Origin: Acidimicrobiia bacterium
GTDB taxonomy: Bacteria > Actinomycetota > Acidimicrobiia > Spongiisociales > Spongiisociaceae
Assembly (NCBI GenBank): GCA_003229305.1
Contig: QIDH01000049.1
Location: 7,026 to 71,025 of the forward strand
Direction: 5' to 3'
DNA: 64,000 bases
Below are positions 27,028 through 36,045 of this stretch, piece by piece. Every line of letters begins with the position of its first letter. Position 1 is the stretch's first letter. Position numbers and translations under genes: made by a program. The notes under the pieces were generated by a model, which saw nothing but the letters and a program-made list of their open reading frames with translations, was not told where the DNA came from and did no database searches.

Positions 27028-27912
27028 ATGACTGATATCTATGAGCAGATCATCGATCGCCTCGTCGCAGAGGGCGGAGTCGTGATGTTGGTCGGCGCCC
27101 CAGACACCGGAAAGTCGACGCTCGCCAAACTGATCATGACAGCCGGTCTTGAGAAGGGTCTGGCCGTCTCATATGTCGACGCAGATATCGCCCAGACGAC
27201 GGTTGGGCCACCGACTTGCATCGGCCTACGGCGCCTGTCGACCGTGGCAGATCTCGATGACCTTGCCAGCAGCGACGATCTCCGCTTCGTCGGCTCAATT
27301 GATCCCGAGCGCCTCCGTCTCCAACAGGTGATCGGTACTGCTTCGCTGGTAGAGGCGGCCAGAAACGACTCGGCCCTGATCGTCATAGACACCACAGGCT
27401 CGGTTTCGGGTGTCGTCGGGCAAACCCTCAAATACCACAAGGTCGAGCTCTGCCGTCCAGACTCTGTGGTGGCGTTGCAACGAGGGGCCGAGATGGAGCC
27501 AATCGTCGGGCTACTTCGGCGATTCTTCTCCGTCCAGGTAGACACCGTTCCGGTCCATCCAGGAGTGGTTGCCAGTTCCCCTGGCGAACGGGCTAGCGCC
27601 AGAGCAGAACAGTTCGCCAATGCTCTGAGCGGGGAGCAGCAGAAATGGCGAGTCAAGCCGACAGTGTTCGCCCCGACCCTTCCAACCGGTCTCGACCTCG
27701 CACGCTTGGACGGAATGCTGGTCGGAGTTCACGACCGAGGAGGCCGCTGCCTCGGCTTAGGGGTTCTCGAGTACGACGCTGACGCTCTGAGAGTCGTGAC
27801 GGCGGTTGGAGAAGGCATGGCCGGCCTGCGGCTCGGCTCGTTGAGACTCGACCAGGTCACCCACCAGACGTCAGGTGTGAACCTGAGAGAGGTCATGTTC
27901 GGGCTGGAATGA
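27028..27912 (+). CDS. Clp1/Grc3-type P-loop protein (putative polynucleotide 5'-hydroxyl kinase)
   Basis: VMLVGAPDTGKSTLAKLIMTAGLEKGLAVSYVDADIAQTTVGPPTCIGL plus LIVIDTTGSVSG resembles the Clp1 P-loop domain layout. Confidence 0.65.
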   Translation: MTDIYEQIIDRLVAEGGVVMLVGAPDTGKSTLAKLIMTAGLEKGLAVSYVDADIAQTTVGPPTCIGLRRLSTVADLDDLASSDDLRFVGSIDPERLRLQQVIGTASLVEAARNDSALIVIDTTGSVSGVVGQTLKYHKVELCRPDSVVALQRGAEMEPIVGLLRRFFSVQVDTVPVHPGVVASSPGERASARAEQFANALSGEQQKWRVKPTVFAPTLPTGLDLARLDGMLVGVHDRGGRCLGLGVLEYDADALRVVTAVGEGMAGLRLGSLRLDQVTHQTSGVNLREVMFGLE

Positions 27913-27944
27913 TGTCGAGCACCTAGGTCCGACTCGTTGGCCTT

Positions 27945-28454
27945 TTAGCGCCTGCTCATCACCGCCAGGTTGGTCGGTCCTATGGACAAGATCTCACGAC
28001 CGGCTTGGATAGCCTTGTGAGGGCCGGAAACCTCCCATCCCACCGAGGTCCAGGTCTGCGCGATGTACTCGAGGGGCTGGTCGGTCTCGAGGGCCAGCCC
28101 CCAAAGCAAGACATCAGGCTGGTCGACTTCCACCACTTCGATGACGGGTCCGCACAGAAAAAAGGCAGCTCTGCGACCGCGAGCTGTACCCATCCGGCGA
28201 AGATCGGCGCCCCCCGCCTCAAGCAACGTCACAGTCGCGTCGAGGTCTGGGGTGGTGACGACGACGTGGTCAACTCCCCACCCTGCAACCTCCACAGCTG
28301 CGGGTGCAGCTACCAGATCGATCGGCAGAAGGGGATCGTCACCGTCCCACTGCCATCCAACAGAACCTCGCCAGACCGAGACACCACCGAACAGTCCGAC
28401 CGGAGGAAGGCCGACTTCGCTGAGGTCAACCGGAAATCGAATACCGATCAGCAT
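27945..28454 (-). CDS. Glyoxalase-like (VOC superfamily) domain protein
   Basis: 169-aa ORF. VDHVVVTTPDLDATVTLLEAGGADLRR ... FFLCGPVIEVVE is typical of the glyoxalase-like fold. Weak call. Confidence 0.55.
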   Translation of the reverse strand: MLIGIRFPVDLSEVGLPPVGLFGGVSVWRGSVGWQWDGDDPLLPIDLVAAPAAVEVAGWGVDHVVVTTPDLDATVTLLEAGGADLRRMGTARGRRAAFFLCGPVIEVVEVDQPDVLLWGLALETDQPLEYIAQTWTSVGWEVSGPHKAIQAGREILSIGPTNLAVMSRR

Positions 28455-28816
28455 GACGGTGAACGGGTCCGGCGCTCACTCGAAGCGCCGTCGGCCGGCA
28501 AGAGACGCATCAGCCCGAGGAACCTTGACCGATTTCGTCCGCACTTCCCCTGACGAACTCCACCGGGTCCAGCACCTCGGGCCCATGCGATGGCGAAAAT
28601 GTACGTGATCGGGACCGCAAGGTCAAGACTCCCGTTAACGGCTCTCCACACACGACGACTTCGTTTACCCAACGTACATTCGAACCTGTTTCGGCGATCT
28701 CCACAGTTTCAACAGGGGGTTGTGCACAAGAGCTGGGGAGAAGTTTCTTACAGCAGTTTTTCGCGGACGAACCGAGGACCTCGAGTCGATGCACGGCCTC
28801 AACAAACACCGAACCC

Positions 28817-29251
28817 CTACCCATCCTGTGCACTGAACCCGAGGCCAAGGAGAGGGCGAAAAGCTACATCGATCAGCTCGGTGATCTCGGCAAAAACCGA
28901 TTGCAGAGTGTCAGGATCGATCCAATCCACTGCCAGCCTCGACCTCAGATAGATCTCCCCATCCTGATCGGTCGAAAAATGGACGAAGCGCGTCCGATCG
29001 TTTCTGACAAGAAGTTGACGGTGGACGTCGGCGATATTCTGCCTCGGCGCTGGGAGGAAATACGCCTCAAAAGACACCGTCCTATCCCCGATGTTGATCC
29101 AAACGGTTGTCGAGTCACGGCTCGCTTGGACGATCCGGACCGCCAACCTTTCTTCCACCCACTCGCAAGACTCTGCCGGGAATTGCGGATCCCCCACCCA
29201 GCCTTCGACAACGGCAGCTATCCGCTCCGACAGATGTGAGCGCTCAACCAC
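28817..29251 (-). CDS. YbjN-like domain protein (conserved partner downstream of mshA)
   Basis: ORF 28817..29335 trimmed to GTG 29251 (GAAGGA 7 nt upstream), overlapping the mshA stop by 8 nt. Position downstream of mshA matches mycobacterial synteny. Confidence 0.6.
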   Translation of the reverse strand: MVERSHLSERIAAVVEGWVGDPQFPAESCEWVEERLAVRIVQASRDSTTVWINIGDRTVSFEAYFLPAPRQNIADVHRQLLVRNDRTRFVHFSTDQDGEIYLRSRLAVDWIDPDTLQSVFAEITELIDVAFRPLLGLGFSAQDG

Positions 29252-30464
29252 CGATAATTCCTTCGTAGAGTTCGGAGAGACGGTTTGCGGTCCTCTCCCA
29301 GGAAAAACGTCTGGAGTGCTCAACCGCCGTGGCACTCATCCTGGCCGCGAGAGCATCATCGCCTAGGATCTCCAACGCAGCCCCTGCGTAATCGACCGGA
29401 TCCCATCCGTCGATCAGGATGCCGGACTTGCCGTCGGCCACCACCTCGGCGAGACCACCGACCCTGGCAGAAACCACCGGCGTCCCTGACGCCTGCGCCT
29501 CGGCGGCAACCAGCCCGAAGGACTCAGAACGAGAAGGCACCAAGACCACGTTGGCCGCCCGGTAAAAGGTCGGCATCTGGGCGTGAGGCTGGGCCGGCCA
29601 GAAGCGCACATTGCCACCTAGGCCAAGCTCCTCCACATGGGCTTGGACCTTCTCCAGCTCCGCCGAGCCAAGCGGTCCGCTGGCCCCGCCTACCAACACC
29701 AGCTTGGCATCTCGTCTTGTCTGATGGATGATGTCGAACGCGTTGACGACCGTGTCTACACCCTTCAGCGGCTGAATCCGTCCTGCGAACAGCACGACAG
29801 GGTCGTCCTCGGCGATCCCGAGCGCCCGCTTGGCTTCACGCCGATCGCCTGGCGCGAACAGATCGTGATCGACCCCAGGAGGGTTGACACACATTTTGGC
29901 GGGGTGGGCCCCATATCGCACCGTCAATTCATGCGACTCGTCTTCAGTCGACGCTATCAAGCAATCCGACTCGGCGATAACCTCGTGCTCGGCTGCGATC
30001 CTGAGCAGCGAAGCAGGAGAATCGTCACTCCTCCGGCTCGCATCCTTGACTCGACCGAGAGTGTGGAACGAATTGGCCAGCGGCAGCCCCAACCGCTGTT
30101 TGAGTAGAAGGCCCGCCCATCCCGACAGCCAGTAGTGGCTGTGAATGAGGTCGAACGGTCCTTTGGCTCGGTCCCAGGCAAGCACACCGTCGGCGAAGTT
30201 GCCGACATAGGCAGGCAGCATCGACACCGGAATGTGGAAGGGCGGGCCGGCATCGAGATGTACGACCGTGTAGCCCGGCTCAACCACCACCTCGTCTGGT
30301 TGGTTTGCCTCGGTCCTTTTGGTGAAAACCACGGCCTCGAGACCGCGCCTCGCCATGGTTTTGGCCAATTCGTCGATGTAGACATTCATGCCACCCGCGT
30401 CTCCTACGCCAGGGGTCTCCAGCGGACAGGTATGCATCGACAGGTACGCTATGCGTTTGATCAC
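29244..30464 (-). CDS. mshA: D-inositol-3-phosphate glycosyltransferase (mycothiol biosynthesis)
   Basis: RIAYLSMHTCPLETPGVGDAGGMNVYIDELAKTMARRG is the MshA N-terminal signature. GT4 C-terminal domain (VPSRSESFGLVAAEAQASGTPVV). Confidence 0.88.
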   Translation of the reverse strand: MIKRIAYLSMHTCPLETPGVGDAGGMNVYIDELAKTMARRGLEAVVFTKRTEANQPDEVVVEPGYTVVHLDAGPPFHIPVSMLPAYVGNFADGVLAWDRAKGPFDLIHSHYWLSGWAGLLLKQRLGLPLANSFHTLGRVKDASRRSDDSPASLLRIAAEHEVIAESDCLIASTEDESHELTVRYGAHPAKMCVNPPGVDHDLFAPGDRREAKRALGIAEDDPVVLFAGRIQPLKGVDTVVNAFDIIHQTRRDAKLVLVGGASGPLGSAELEKVQAHVEELGLGGNVRFWPAQPHAQMPTFYRAANVVLVPSRSESFGLVAAEAQASGTPVVSARVGGLAEVVADGKSGILIDGWDPVDYAGAALEILGDDALAARMSATAVEHSRRFSWERTANRLSELYEGIIGG

Positions 30465-31363
30465 AACACGACCTCCATCTCGAACAGCGGCCTGGGTTCT
30501 GCTCCCATCCGATATTTGTATGTCTCGTCACCCTTGAGGAAATCGAAAACGTGGTGCCCAGCATCGATCGAACGCTCGATCAAGCGGTTGAGCAGGACCA
30601 GACCAGGAGCCAGGCGATGAAGCCGAGTTTCATAGGCGCTGTTGTAGAGGTAGAAACCGTCACTGTCTGTATAACCAAATACCGCCGCCAACATCTGGCC
30701 TTGCCCCCCGCGCAGAGCGTCGAGCTGCCAGCCCGGCATTTTCAACAGTTCTGAAAAAAACGCCACCATCTGTGAGGTCATGAAAGTCCCTTTGTTTCCG
30801 GCGGCCTGTTGATGCAACCGGAAGAAATCGACGAGGGCAGGGCCCGGAAGGTCAGAGCTCACCACGGCCAGCTCTCCAGACTCTTCGCTCAACCGGCGGC
30901 CCTTACGACGAATTTCGTGCCGCTCCTTCTTGCCGATCGCAGCCATGTAGTCGTCGAAAGTGGCAGGCAGGTGCAGCACCGCGGCACTTTCGTGCTCCTT
31001 CGGTTCCGCATCGATCCCGACCGAACCGAGTGCACGAACGAAGACGCCGACGGCCTCGATGGGGAGAGAATCGAGCCTGATGGCGGTTCCACTGTGAGTC
31101 TGCTCGAACATTTCGACCAGGGACGACGATACGTTGCCGACCGGAGAGCGGTAGTCGACGAGGTTTTCGGGACCCGACAGCGTCAGTCCCTCGTCTAACC
31201 GTTCGAATGCCACCGCTCCTGACCGGGTGCCCACGATGTGCCGAATTGCCTTGGGGTTGGCACTGTGGCGCTCCAGCAGCGATAGGAACGGGCTCCTGAC
31301 GAACGGCCCAACAAGGGGTGCTAGCGGCATCGCCGAGTCGAGCAGGCTCCAATCTGGATTCAC
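30461..31363 (-). CDS. GNAT-fold acetyltransferase, CelD/BioF2-like (FemAB-related)
   Basis: 300 aa. C-terminal LAPGLVLLNRLIERSIDAGHHVFDFLKGDETYKYRMGA matches the acetyltransferase family often annotated as CelD. Confidence 0.6.
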   Translation of the reverse strand: MNPDWSLLDSAMPLAPLVGPFVRSPFLSLLERHSANPKAIRHIVGTRSGAVAFERLDEGLTLSGPENLVDYRSPVGNVSSSLVEMFEQTHSGTAIRLDSLPIEAVGVFVRALGSVGIDAEPKEHESAAVLHLPATFDDYMAAIGKKERHEIRRKGRRLSEESGELAVVSSDLPGPALVDFFRLHQQAAGNKGTFMTSQMVAFFSELLKMPGWQLDALRGGQGQMLAAVFGYTDSDGFYLYNSAYETRLHRLAPGLVLLNRLIERSIDAGHHVFDFLKGDETYKYRMGAEPRPLFEMEVVL

Positions 31364-32301
31364 GTCAGCATCACCGCAGGCGACACAGAGCCGACAGTTT
31401 CGCCCCCACCCCTAACCGGTTGGTCAAGGCGCCCGGCGCCATACCGCCTTGTGAGTGATGGCGTGAGGCCAAGCTGATCGAATGAAGCAAGAACCGCGGG
31501 ACCCAGCGGACGCATCGAACCGTCTCGACTCTTGATGGCGATTCCGAGATCGGACCTGGTCGCGATCCCGATCAAACCTTCTGCGCCGCCCTTGCCGGCG
31601 ACGTCGACCCACTGCGAAACAGCGGCCGGGACCGCTTCCCAGTCGCTGGTCAGCGCGCCGAACCGGTGCATCGCCTGCCATATTTGTGCGTAATCCGGAT
31701 CCGAGCCGAGGCGAGCGTAGGCTCTGGCGAGACCGGCGGTGCTGACCGAGAACACCGGGACCCCACATCCGTCGATCGCGGGCTCGCCAGCAGGCTCGCC
31801 AGACACCCGCTCGAATTCGGCCCGGTTGGCCTCCTGAAGGGGGTGGGAGGGAGACATGTAACTCTCGATCGGCCACCCCATGGCAACGCAGGCCCTCAAC
31901 ATCGCTGCGTGTTTTCCGGAACAGTTGTGGAACAGAGGTCGAGCCTTGACATGGCCGAGCGACCTGAGCCTCGCATGGGCAGCTTCCATGTACGGCCAAT
32001 CCGGCGGGCATTGGAGCGCCCCCTCGTCCAGGTCGACTTCGCCCAGCATCGCCTTCACGTAGGCGACATGGATCGGTTGGCCGCCATGGCTGGCCGTACC
32101 GATCGCAAGCTGCTCCCGAGCCAAGCCGGCCCCGTACGTCTGGGCAACCTTCAATTGAAACGGCTTGGCGGCCGATCGAGCCAGGTAGCGGTATTCGACA
32201 TCACCATCGTTTGCAACCACAGTTCCATCGGAGCGTACGGCCGCCACCGATCCGCCATGGACTGCTTCAACCACCCCGCATCTCTCGACGTGGGCGAGCA
32301 T
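31360..32301 (-). CDS. Asparaginase II family protein
   Basis: ARSAAKPFQ, TASHGGQ and NCSGKHAAMLRAC match the Asparaginase_II family layout. Confidence 0.75.
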   Translation of the reverse strand: MLAHVERCGVVEAVHGGSVAAVRSDGTVVANDGDVEYRYLARSAAKPFQLKVAQTYGAGLAREQLAIGTASHGGQPIHVAYVKAMLGEVDLDEGALQCPPDWPYMEAAHARLRSLGHVKARPLFHNCSGKHAAMLRACVAMGWPIESYMSPSHPLQEANRAEFERVSGEPAGEPAIDGCGVPVFSVSTAGLARAYARLGSDPDYAQIWQAMHRFGALTSDWEAVPAAVSQWVDVAGKGGAEGLIGIATRSDLGIAIKSRDGSMRPLGPAVLASFDQLGLTPSLTRRYGAGRLDQPVRGGGETVGSVSPAVMLT

Positions 32302-32306
32302 TGGGA

Positions 32307-32858
32307 TCAGACGTCCAGCAGACCTGATTGATCTGCGGTCCCGTCCTTGTACCTGGCGAGGATGTCCGCCTGGATTCCGTCAAAGGCAACCTGGGCAGAT
32401 TTGCGTTGCGAGGAGACCTCTCGCTCTGCGTCGACCAGCATCGCTTGCACTTCTTCCAGATCGTGGTCGGACATGGAAGGAAGGCGAGCGAGAAAATCAT
32501 CCGCAAGAATCCGGTCAACTGGGCGGCGAGGGGAGTCTGGCAGCTCCGGCATCACCGCAGGAGTGGGGCGTCCACCGGTACCGCTGGCAGTCTCTCCTCC
32601 GCCGAGGATCTCAGGGAGCGCTTCGATCAAAGACCTCGTCTCCTCACCGGAGCGCCTGCGCAGCTCGAACGCCAACAAGTCCATCCGTCCGTGGAGAAGC
32701 CTTCTGTAGTAGGACAGCTCGGTCTCCACGGAGTCAGCCATCTCCCGCCTGGAGCGAAGTTCGTCGATGTGTAACCCTGGCAACCCGGCAAGGAATTCTG
32801 GGTCGCTGATGATGTCGATTCTGCGTCGGTTTTCAGTCTGCACGTTGTCCATTATCAC
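32307..32858 (-). CDS. RsiG-like protein with two E-x3-S-x2-R-x3-(Q/H)-x3-D c-di-GMP-binding signatures (putative anti-sigma factor)
   Basis: aa 45-60 ETELSYYRRLLHGRMD and aa 145-160 EREVSSQRKSAQVAFD. Internal duplication (DPEFLAGLPGLHIDEL / DDFLARLPSMSDHDLEE). Start is GTG 32858 or ATG 32852. Confidence 0.65.
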   Translation of the reverse strand: MIMDNVQTENRRRIDIISDPEFLAGLPGLHIDELRSRREMADSVETELSYYRRLLHGRMDLLAFELRRRSGEETRSLIEALPEILGGGETASGTGGRPTPAVMPELPDSPRRPVDRILADDFLARLPSMSDHDLEEVQAMLVDAEREVSSQRKSAQVAFDGIQADILARYKDGTADQSGLLDV

Positions 32859-33965
32859 CTAACAAGAGCGAGATAGGGTCGGGTATGGGTTGACGTCGGT
32901 GCCCGATCTGCCACCGGGCCGGATCTGGAAGTGTATATGGGGTGGTGTACCCCTTGCGTTGCCGCTGTTCCCGTTGTACCCAATGAGCTGTCCCTTCGAG
33001 ACTCGCTGGCCGCTAGACACGTTCGCAAACCCTTCCAGGTGGGCGTAGTAGAAGGCCACGCCGTAATCGGCAGTCAGCCAGATAGTAATCCCGCCGAGCC
33101 CGCCGTTCCCGAGAGAGACGGTGCCATCGGCGACCGCGTAGACAGCTTGATTCCTGGGAGCGAAGATGTCCGTTCCTTTGTGGGTTCGACCACCGCTCCT
33201 TGGGTTGCCCCAATCGTTGCTGAACGAGTTGGCCCATGGGTCCATCGGGCAAACGAACCCAGGAGTGGCTTCTGCGCTCAAGCCGCCTGCGCCCCCGCCG
33301 CGCCTCGCCGCCTCTCTCGCCCTCGCCGCCGCGAGCTCACTTTGGCGTTTCGCAAACAGGGCTTGGCAATCGCCTTCGAGACTCTGGTAGGTGTCTCGCG
33401 CCACCTGCGCCGAGTTCTCCAGCGTCGTGGTCAACACCAATTGCTCCGCCTCCAGGTCAAGCAACTGTTGGCGCTTGACGGTGAGATCGGACCGCATGAC
33501 TTCCATCTCGGCTCTAACCACTGAGAGCAGATCGGCTGACGCGAGGTCGCTCGAGGTCACGGCCTCCAGGAACTCTTGACCAGCGAGGAGCTGATCGACA
33601 GAGTCGACTCCGAATATCAGTTCGGCCAACTCGGACCCGCCGCTCATATAGATGTCGACGGCCCGCTCGACCACCCTTCGGCGGACGTCATTGGTCGTGT
33701 CTTGCCGATCCTGGATCTGATCAACCAGACGCAATTCGAGATAGGCCGTTTCTTCTCGTTCGGAGATGATCTCTGCGGCGCGAACCTGAGCGGCGTTGCG
33801 TTCCGCGCGGGCGTCCAACAGCAGCTCGTATGCGCCTTTGGAACTGGCGCAGGCGGCATCAACCTCGGCCTGGGTGACCGAGGAGGCGGGCGACGCCTGT
33901 ACGGCGAGCAATGTAAGGAAGATGACCGGGAGGGCCTGCGCAATCCGGCGCGTGAGCTTGGACAT
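32859..33965 (-). CDS. Secreted M23 family metallopeptidase with N-terminal coiled-coil domain
   Basis: HKGTDIFAPRNQAVYAVADGTV, YYAHL and GNSGNARGTPPHIHFQI. Signal-like MSKLTRRIAQALPVIFLTLLAVQASPA from ATG 33965. Confidence 0.88.
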   Translation of the reverse strand: MSKLTRRIAQALPVIFLTLLAVQASPASSVTQAEVDAACASSKGAYELLLDARAERNAAQVRAAEIISEREETAYLELRLVDQIQDRQDTTNDVRRRVVERAVDIYMSGGSELAELIFGVDSVDQLLAGQEFLEAVTSSDLASADLLSVVRAEMEVMRSDLTVKRQQLLDLEAEQLVLTTTLENSAQVARDTYQSLEGDCQALFAKRQSELAAARAREAARRGGGAGGLSAEATPGFVCPMDPWANSFSNDWGNPRSGGRTHKGTDIFAPRNQAVYAVADGTVSLGNGGLGGITIWLTADYGVAFYYAHLEGFANVSSGQRVSKGQLIGYNGNSGNARGTPPHIHFQIRPGGRSGTDVNPYPTLSRSC

Positions 33966-34159
33966 CAAGCAACAGGATACCGACCCACTGGGCGATACCA
34001 AAGTCATAGGTCAACCTCGGGTCATTTCGTCAACGCCCGGCACTGACTCTGACGGAAGCGCAGAGCGCGATAATCGACCTAGTTGGCTTGGCTGACAGGC
34101 ATTGCAGAAGGCCCCCAAACTGGGCTGAGATATATTCGCAGATCCCGACGCATTGACCC

Positions 34160-35152
34160 CTAAAGGATCAAGCGGATTGCCGGCAGGAACACCACAGCGG
34201 CCAACATCGGGCCGTCCAATGCAGCCATGCTGCCTAGGCCTGGATCACCCAACACGATTTCGCCGGTCCTGAAGGCGCTGCCGATGGCTCTGCCGGCGAT
34301 CAGAGACACCGAAACGATCAGCCCGATCAAGAGCCAGCTGAGCACCGAACCGCCATTCACCTGAGCCGCTATGACACCGGCGCCGATGGCAGCCACCGCA
34401 CCGGCCGAGAACTGATCCATGATCGGGCGAGTCATCTTGCCCACCAACCACGCGACCGCTGCGGCGGCCAAAGCCATCATCAGGAAGGACCCGACCTTGT
34501 CGTTGCCATCGGTAGACAGCCTTGCCAGAATCAAAGATCCGACCGAAAGCGCGCCGATGATGCAAGCCAGCGTCAGCGCCACGATCGTGTTCAGCTCGCG
34601 AGCACTGTCGTGGATCACGGGCCAACTGATGGACACGACGATGGCCAGAGTCACGCCAATTCCAAGCCCGGCGAGTCCGAATCCGGCGGCCCCTATGACT
34701 CCGGCCGTTATGGAGGCGAGAATCGGAGCCAGGTCGACCGGCAGGCCACGGTTGGTGGCAACGTAGCTGATGTCGACGGCCCATATGGAGGCTACTGCCA
34801 CAACCGTCGCGGCGAAGACGGCGCTTCCGGCGAGTGCATTCGCGCCCAATAGGGCGAGCGTCGCCAGACCCAACACCAGGGGCTCGAAGGTCTCCGGCGC
34901 CTCTACCGTTGGTTGAGCTCCGCCAGACACCGGAGGGATGATGGCGACCTCATCCTGGTCCACAACCGGATCGGATGTCTGGGCCTCCTCACCGTTCTTC
35001 CAGATCCTGGCGTGGCCAAGGCCCGAAACAAAAGTGGTACCGAATCGAGAGCCGAGTTCATCCAACACGGCACCGATCGTGTCTGCGTCGACCTCGACCG
35101 ACGAGGTGCCTGCTATCTCGCGGAGGTTGGCGAACAGCCTTACTCTTGGCAT
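34160..35152 (-). CDS. MoaD/ThiS-like ubiquitin-fold domain (ending PPVSGG) fused to a roughly 7-TM membrane domain
   Basis: From ATG 35152: MPRVRLFANLREIAGTSSVEVDADTIGAVLDEL...DEVAIIPPVSGG, then a Gly/Ala-rich polytopic segment. The track start at 35251 is further upstream. Confidence 0.7.
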   Translation of the reverse strand: MPRVRLFANLREIAGTSSVEVDADTIGAVLDELGSRFGTTFVSGLGHARIWKNGEEAQTSDPVVDQDEVAIIPPVSGGAQPTVEAPETFEPLVLGLATLALLGANALAGSAVFAATVVAVASIWAVDISYVATNRGLPVDLAPILASITAGVIGAAGFGLAGLGIGVTLAIVVSISWPVIHDSARELNTIVALTLACIIGALSVGSLILARLSTDGNDKVGSFLMMALAAAAVAWLVGKMTRPIMDQFSAGAVAAIGAGVIAAQVNGGSVLSWLLIGLIVSVSLIAGRAIGSAFRTGEIVLGDPGLGSMAALDGPMLAAVVFLPAIRLIL

Positions 35153-35247
35153 GGGATATGAGCGTAACGCGCCAGGAGCAAGATCAGTGACCAGTCGGAA
35201 CGCACCAGCACCTGCGCATTGACCGTGCGCCGAACGGCTTCGCGGCA

Positions 35248-35994
35248 TCAAGCACCCCCAGAGGAGCGTGCCAGGCCGGCGTCATCCATATCGTCTGTGC
35301 CCCGAATCCGGGCGACTCCACTCCATCCAAGGTCACCCAAAAGGGCAAGGCCGCCCCCGACCAACGGCCCGGCGGCCATCCACGCGACGATCGAGACGAC
35401 TGACATCGAAGGCCAGCTCGGAAAGAACAGCACAGCGACAAGAGGAGGGAGAATCCGAGCCAACAGTCTGCCTGGATGCTCTACAGGGATCGCCACAGAC
35501 CACCCGACTGCCAGTGGAAGCATGGCGATCGCCGTCGACTGAACCCTCCACATCAACAGGGCCCCAAGTACCAATCCAGTGGCTCCTGCCGAGGCCGTCA
35601 GCACTGACTGGCTCCTCGTCGACGCAAAGGCCACGGCCCATACCGAAGCGGCCGCTGCACCCACCAAGGCGACCCAAGCCATGAAGGAAGTCGGACCTCG
35701 CACAACCTCCAAATCAAACGCCCGGTTGGCGAAATCGACCAGGTAAACGGTCGCGGCTACAGCCAAAGCCACCAGCGTCGCAAGAGCAACCATGACGACG
35801 GCGGCCAGACCCGCCACGTACGCCCAGGTGATGCCGATCCCGATGCCTCGCCGAACCGCGCTGGGATCTGGCTCGTGTAACCAACGTTGGAGTTGACTAT
35901 CTGGCGAATCGGCCATGTCAGACATCACTGTAGGAACGTCACAGGCCCGCCGGATCGTGCCCGCCGTCCGAGATCCGCCGTCCTCAATCGACAA
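35248..35994 (-). CDS. Polytopic membrane protein of unknown function
   Basis: 248-aa ORF with 5-6 hydrophobic helices. The start is uncertain; internal ATGs give MSDMADSPD or MADSPD. Confidence 0.55.
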   Translation of the reverse strand: MSIEDGGSRTAGTIRRACDVPTVMSDMADSPDSQLQRWLHEPDPSAVRRGIGIGITWAYVAGLAAVVMVALATLVALAVAATVYLVDFANRAFDLEVVRGPTSFMAWVALVGAAAASVWAVAFASTRSQSVLTASAGATGLVLGALLMWRVQSTAIAMLPLAVGWSVAIPVEHPGRLLARILPPLVAVLFFPSWPSMSVVSIVAWMAAGPLVGGGLALLGDLGWSGVARIRGTDDMDDAGLARSSGGA

Positions 35995-36045
35995 ATCGGT
36001 CCAACGGGCGGGCGATAAGGGTTTACGCTCGGATCACTCTGGTGA

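Noticed and set aside
28510-28848. 112-aa minus-strand ORF spanning the 28.5-28.8 kb gap
   Set aside because: It has no family resemblance. Its start must overlap the upstream gene's 3' end. Third-position GC is lower than in neighbouring genes. It is kept only as part of the observation on the unexplained spacer.
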